Below, in pieces: positions 61,697 to 64,000 of a stretch of 64,000 nucleotides of DNA. A model generated the notes under the pieces. It saw only the letters and a list, made by a program, of their open reading frames with translations. It had not been told where the DNA came from and made no database searches. Numbering within the stretch: the stretch's first letter is position 1; every line of letters starts with the position of its first letter. Where the stretch lies: contig OW818634.1 in the NCBI GenBank assembly GCA_942492765.1, positions 153,159 to 217,158 of the forward strand, given 5' to 3'. The DNA is from an uncultured bacterium (GTDB lineage Bacteria; Patescibacteriota; Patescibacteriia; Patescibacteriales; UBA12465). The position numbers and the translations under genes are program-made.

Positions 61697-62236
61697 TTAT
61701 TTAGCGCGTTTCAATTTCCTCATATCCGGCCACATCTTATTGATATTCTTCTTCCGGAATTCCGGATCAAGCCAGTCATTTCCGGTAATGAATCCGCGGC
61801 AATTCTTGGCGCCGCAAGCGCACTTCATCTTCAATTTCGGATCCGTATACATGCGCCCGTAATCGACGAACAGCTCTTCGCCGGCCTTGATAGCGCGATC
61901 GGCGATGAAATTGCCTTTCTGGTCATAGGCGACATTAGAGGCGCAGCTATGATTGAAATACCAGGAAGCGCCCATATTATTGATATCGGCCGGCACGCAA
62001 TATTCTCCGTCCTCATCAAGCACGCAGAATCTTTCGATGCGCCGGCGCGTCAACGGATCAAGCTTCTTGAAGTCGGCCTGCTTTAAGAAAACGACTTCTT
62101 CCGGAGAATCGACAGCGTCTATGACCTCGCCCTTCTTGATGTTCCTGACCGCGAAAGTTCCGACCTCGCCACGGAAAGATCTTGAGGGACGGATTTCGTA
62201 CATTAATTTTGGTATTCTCTTAACGCGCTTGACCAT
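61697..62236 (-). CDS. SET-domain protein (putative protein lysine methyltransferase), short paralog
   Basis: GTFAVRNIKKGEVI, WYFNHSCASNV, GEELFVDYG, CACGAKNCRG. Confidence 0.85.
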   Translation of the reverse strand: MVKRVKRIPKLMYEIRPSRSFRGEVGTFAVRNIKKGEVIDAVDSPEEVVFLKQADFKKLDPLTRRRIERFCVLDEDGEYCVPADINNMGASWYFNHSCASNVAYDQKGNFIADRAIKAGEELFVDYGRMYTDPKLKMKCACGAKNCRGFITGNDWLDPEFRKKNINKMWPDMRKLKRAK

Positions 62237-62249
62237 ATATTCTTTTTTA

Positions 62250-63152
62250 TTATTCGTGATTCTTGATAAATTTATATTGCGGCAGCTTATCCATATGCCA
62301 GTGAGTCTTCCAATTGCAATCTCCCAAGGAACAATTGAATATCTTAGCTTTCTTAGCGATAGCCAGCTCTAGATTAGCCTTAGTCAAATACTTGAAGACA
62401 TCGGGAATCTCACTCATGTCCGCGCCAGCTATCATGTAGAAATACGTGCCTTTATACAGGACGGACAGCGATCCAGCGAGCTTAGCGCCGTCGACTACGA
62501 CCGTCACCGCCTGCCAATCCAGGGGCAGATTAATCAGGTCGAAGAACGGCTGCCTTTCCTTATCGGTATTCAGATAAGACTCATCGCTGAAATTCTTGAC
62601 GCTCAGGTCCATGATCAATTTCAGATCGGAAAAATCATTGATAATAGTTTCGACTTGATGTTCCTCTTCCATGAGCGTAGCGACTCTCCGGAACTTCGCC
62701 CGCTTCTTCCGGTCAGAAAAAGCTTTCAGGAGATAATCATCGAAGCTTCCCAGGCCCTCTAGATCAATGAAATAGACATAATCTTCGAGAGGCAGGACGC
62801 GCGTAAAATCATCTATCCCGTCGAGATCATAAAGCTTGGCTGTCTCTGAAAAATTTTGACTGAAGAGTTGAGGAGCCAGATATTCATAACCGGACTTGAA
62901 AAAAGGCCGGTTGTTCTCCATGAAATTCTCGGCAAAGAACTCTAGACAGGCGAATTCTCCGCTATGCTGCAACGGCAAAAGCGCGACGGGCTTCCCGGCG
63001 TCGTAGGCGGCGTAAAAATAAAGAGGCTGAGGATCGTACTTATAGAAGCAATAGCGGAAATCCCAGAGATCGTAGATATTCTCCGCCGGCGACAACTCAT
63101 TCCATAAACTCTTGGCCGTTTCTAGATCTTTGATGACTTTTATTTCAATCAT
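62250..63152 (-). CDS. GNAT-fold protein of the FemAB/CelD(BcsL)-like type (Acetyltransf_6-like)
   Basis: 300 aa. N-terminal WNEL......YDLWDF and C-terminal VVVDGAKLAGSLSVLYKGTYFYMIAGAD...LELAIAKKAKIFNCSLGDCNWKTHW resemble CelD/Fem-like amino-acyl or acyl transferases. The family call is moderate. Confidence 0.6.
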   Translation of the reverse strand: MIEIKVIKDLETAKSLWNELSPAENIYDLWDFRYCFYKYDPQPLYFYAAYDAGKPVALLPLQHSGEFACLEFFAENFMENNRPFFKSGYEYLAPQLFSQNFSETAKLYDLDGIDDFTRVLPLEDYVYFIDLEGLGSFDDYLLKAFSDRKKRAKFRRVATLMEEEHQVETIINDFSDLKLIMDLSVKNFSDESYLNTDKERQPFFDLINLPLDWQAVTVVVDGAKLAGSLSVLYKGTYFYMIAGADMSEIPDVFKYLTKANLELAIAKKAKIFNCSLGDCNWKTHWHMDKLPQYKFIKNHE

Positions 63153-63161
63153 ATTTGGAGG

Positions 63162-64000
63162 CTACATCACGTTCGGCTGGAGATGATAATAAGGGGGATT
63201 ATCCTTATAGCGCTTGATGGCCAGGCGGATGATCTCTTCCAAGAAATCACCATAGTCCATGCCGATGACTTCGGCTGAGGCCGCAAAAGTGCCTTCGGCG
63301 TCGAGCGACGGATTAGGATTAAGCTCGAGCACGTAAGGATTATTATTCTTATCGACGCGGATCTCAATGCGGCCGTAATCATGGCAATCCAAAATATTAT
63401 AAGTATCGAGCGCGATTTCTCCCAAAAGCTGTTCCAGCTTCTTGCCGATATTTTTCGGCGGCCGCTGGACCACGATCTTATTGTATTCCCCGCCGTCAGT
63501 ATATTTCGCTTCGAACGGATAAATATGCCAGAGGTTGGAAGGCAGATTATCAAATAGCGAACGGGCTAAAGGCAGGACGCGCAAATCGTCTTCTTCTGAA
63601 CCGATGATCGGCACGTCATATTCGTCGCCGTCGATATATTCTTCGATGAGCGCCGGCCGGCCGATCTCCTTCAAGACTTTCTCTAATTGGCGAGTCAGCT
63701 CCTCCTTGTTCCTGACGACAGAATCATTAGTGATGCCGATGGAATTATCGGTATTAGCCGGCTTGACGATGAGCGGATACTTGAGGTCGTCGCGAATATC
63801 GTCTTCCATGGAATAGACATAATCCCATTCTGGGGTCGGGATCTTATGATAGCTGAGCAGCTTCTTGACGCGGATCTTATCGATACAGAGGCCGAGAGTG
63901 AAAGGATTGGAACCGGTATAAGGAATCTGCAGAGTATCTAGGATAGAAGCCACGTGCGGCTCTAGGAGACTGGAATTATTGATTCTCTCGCAGACATTGA
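63162..64000 (-). CDS. ATP-grasp ligase of the D-Ala-D-Ala-ligase (Ddl) family, N-terminus beyond window edge
   Basis: LQIPYTGS, DKIRVKKLL...IPTPEW, PLIVKPANTDNSIGI, IEEYIDGDEYDVPIIG, FEAKY and YGRIEIRVDKNNNPYVLELNPNPSL are ATP-grasp/Ddl motifs. The frame stays open upstream of the GTG at 63953 to position 64000. Confidence 0.8.
   Translation of the reverse strand, partial: NVCERINNSSLLEPHVASILDTLQIPYTGSNPFTLGLCIDKIRVKKLLSYHKIPTPEWDYVYSMEDDIRDDLKYPLIVKPANTDNSIGITNDSVVRNKEELTRQLEKVLKEIGRPALIEEYIDGDEYDVPIIGSEEDDLRVLPLARSLFDNLPSNLWHIYPFEAKYTDGGEYNKIVVQRPPKNIGKKLEQLLGEIALDTYNILDCHDYGRIEIRVDKNNNPYVLELNPNPSLDAEGTFAASAEVIGMDYGDFLEEIIRLAIKRYKDNPPYYHLQPNVM

Noticed and set aside
1-64000. Alternative genetic code (UGA recoding, as in some CPR lineages).
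   Set aside because: - Conserved proteins (dnaE at 1212 aa, lysS, prfA, mnmA, parAB) are full length and uninterrupted under the standard code.
- The only broken gene is explained by a frame change at an A6 run, not by an in-frame UGA.

Overview
This window is gene-dense and mostly minus-strand. Its content fits a small-genome, Patescibacteria/CPR-like (Parcubacteria-type) bacterium using the standard genetic code. That placement is an inference from gene content only, because no database search was possible.

By region:
- 0-4.6 kb: nucleotide-salvage genes (guaB fragment, hpt, upp, ITPase-like).
- About 3.9-13.1 kb: a visibly AT-richer block of accessory enzymes and membrane proteins. It ends at tRNA-Gln(CUG) and is punctuated by tRNA-3'-end-like remnants.
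- 13.2-23.4 kb: core genes (denV-like, lysS, greA, rpmE, prfA, prmC) around a glycan cluster (O-antigen-ligase-like, DUF192, GT2, GT4, flippase).
- 23.4-26.5 kb: secreted or anchored proteins, including a Cys-rich protein and a FISUMP lipoprotein.
- 26.6-40.2 kb: rplY, a SEDS protein, class I aldolase, dnaE, parAB, tRNA-Leu(CAA) and mnmA.
- 40.2-59.7 kb: a unidirectional envelope supercluster. It holds GT4 genes, a phosphosugar transferase, RNase P RNA, a 1294-aa NlpC-like/LTD/LamG protein, an O-antigen-ligase/TPR protein, a beta-helix protein and an S-layer-like gene split by a frameshift at an A6 run. A 492-nt noncoding leader and an ECF sigma/anti-sigma-like pair sit upstream.
- 59.7-64 kb: a small HTH regulator with paired operators, HU, and a tight operon of ATP-grasp, Fem/CelD-like GNAT and two SET-domain genes.

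Most interesting leads:
- the SET/SET/GNAT/ATP-grasp operon abutting HU;
- an orphan structured plus-strand ncRNA at about 41.4-41.7 kb, with a consensus promoter and terminator, antisense inside the glycosyltransferase operon;
- the frameshifted S-layer-like gene and its long leader;
- the tRNA-Gln-associated remnant array.

All functional calls come from motif recognition by eye. RNA ends, promoters and terminators are approximate.
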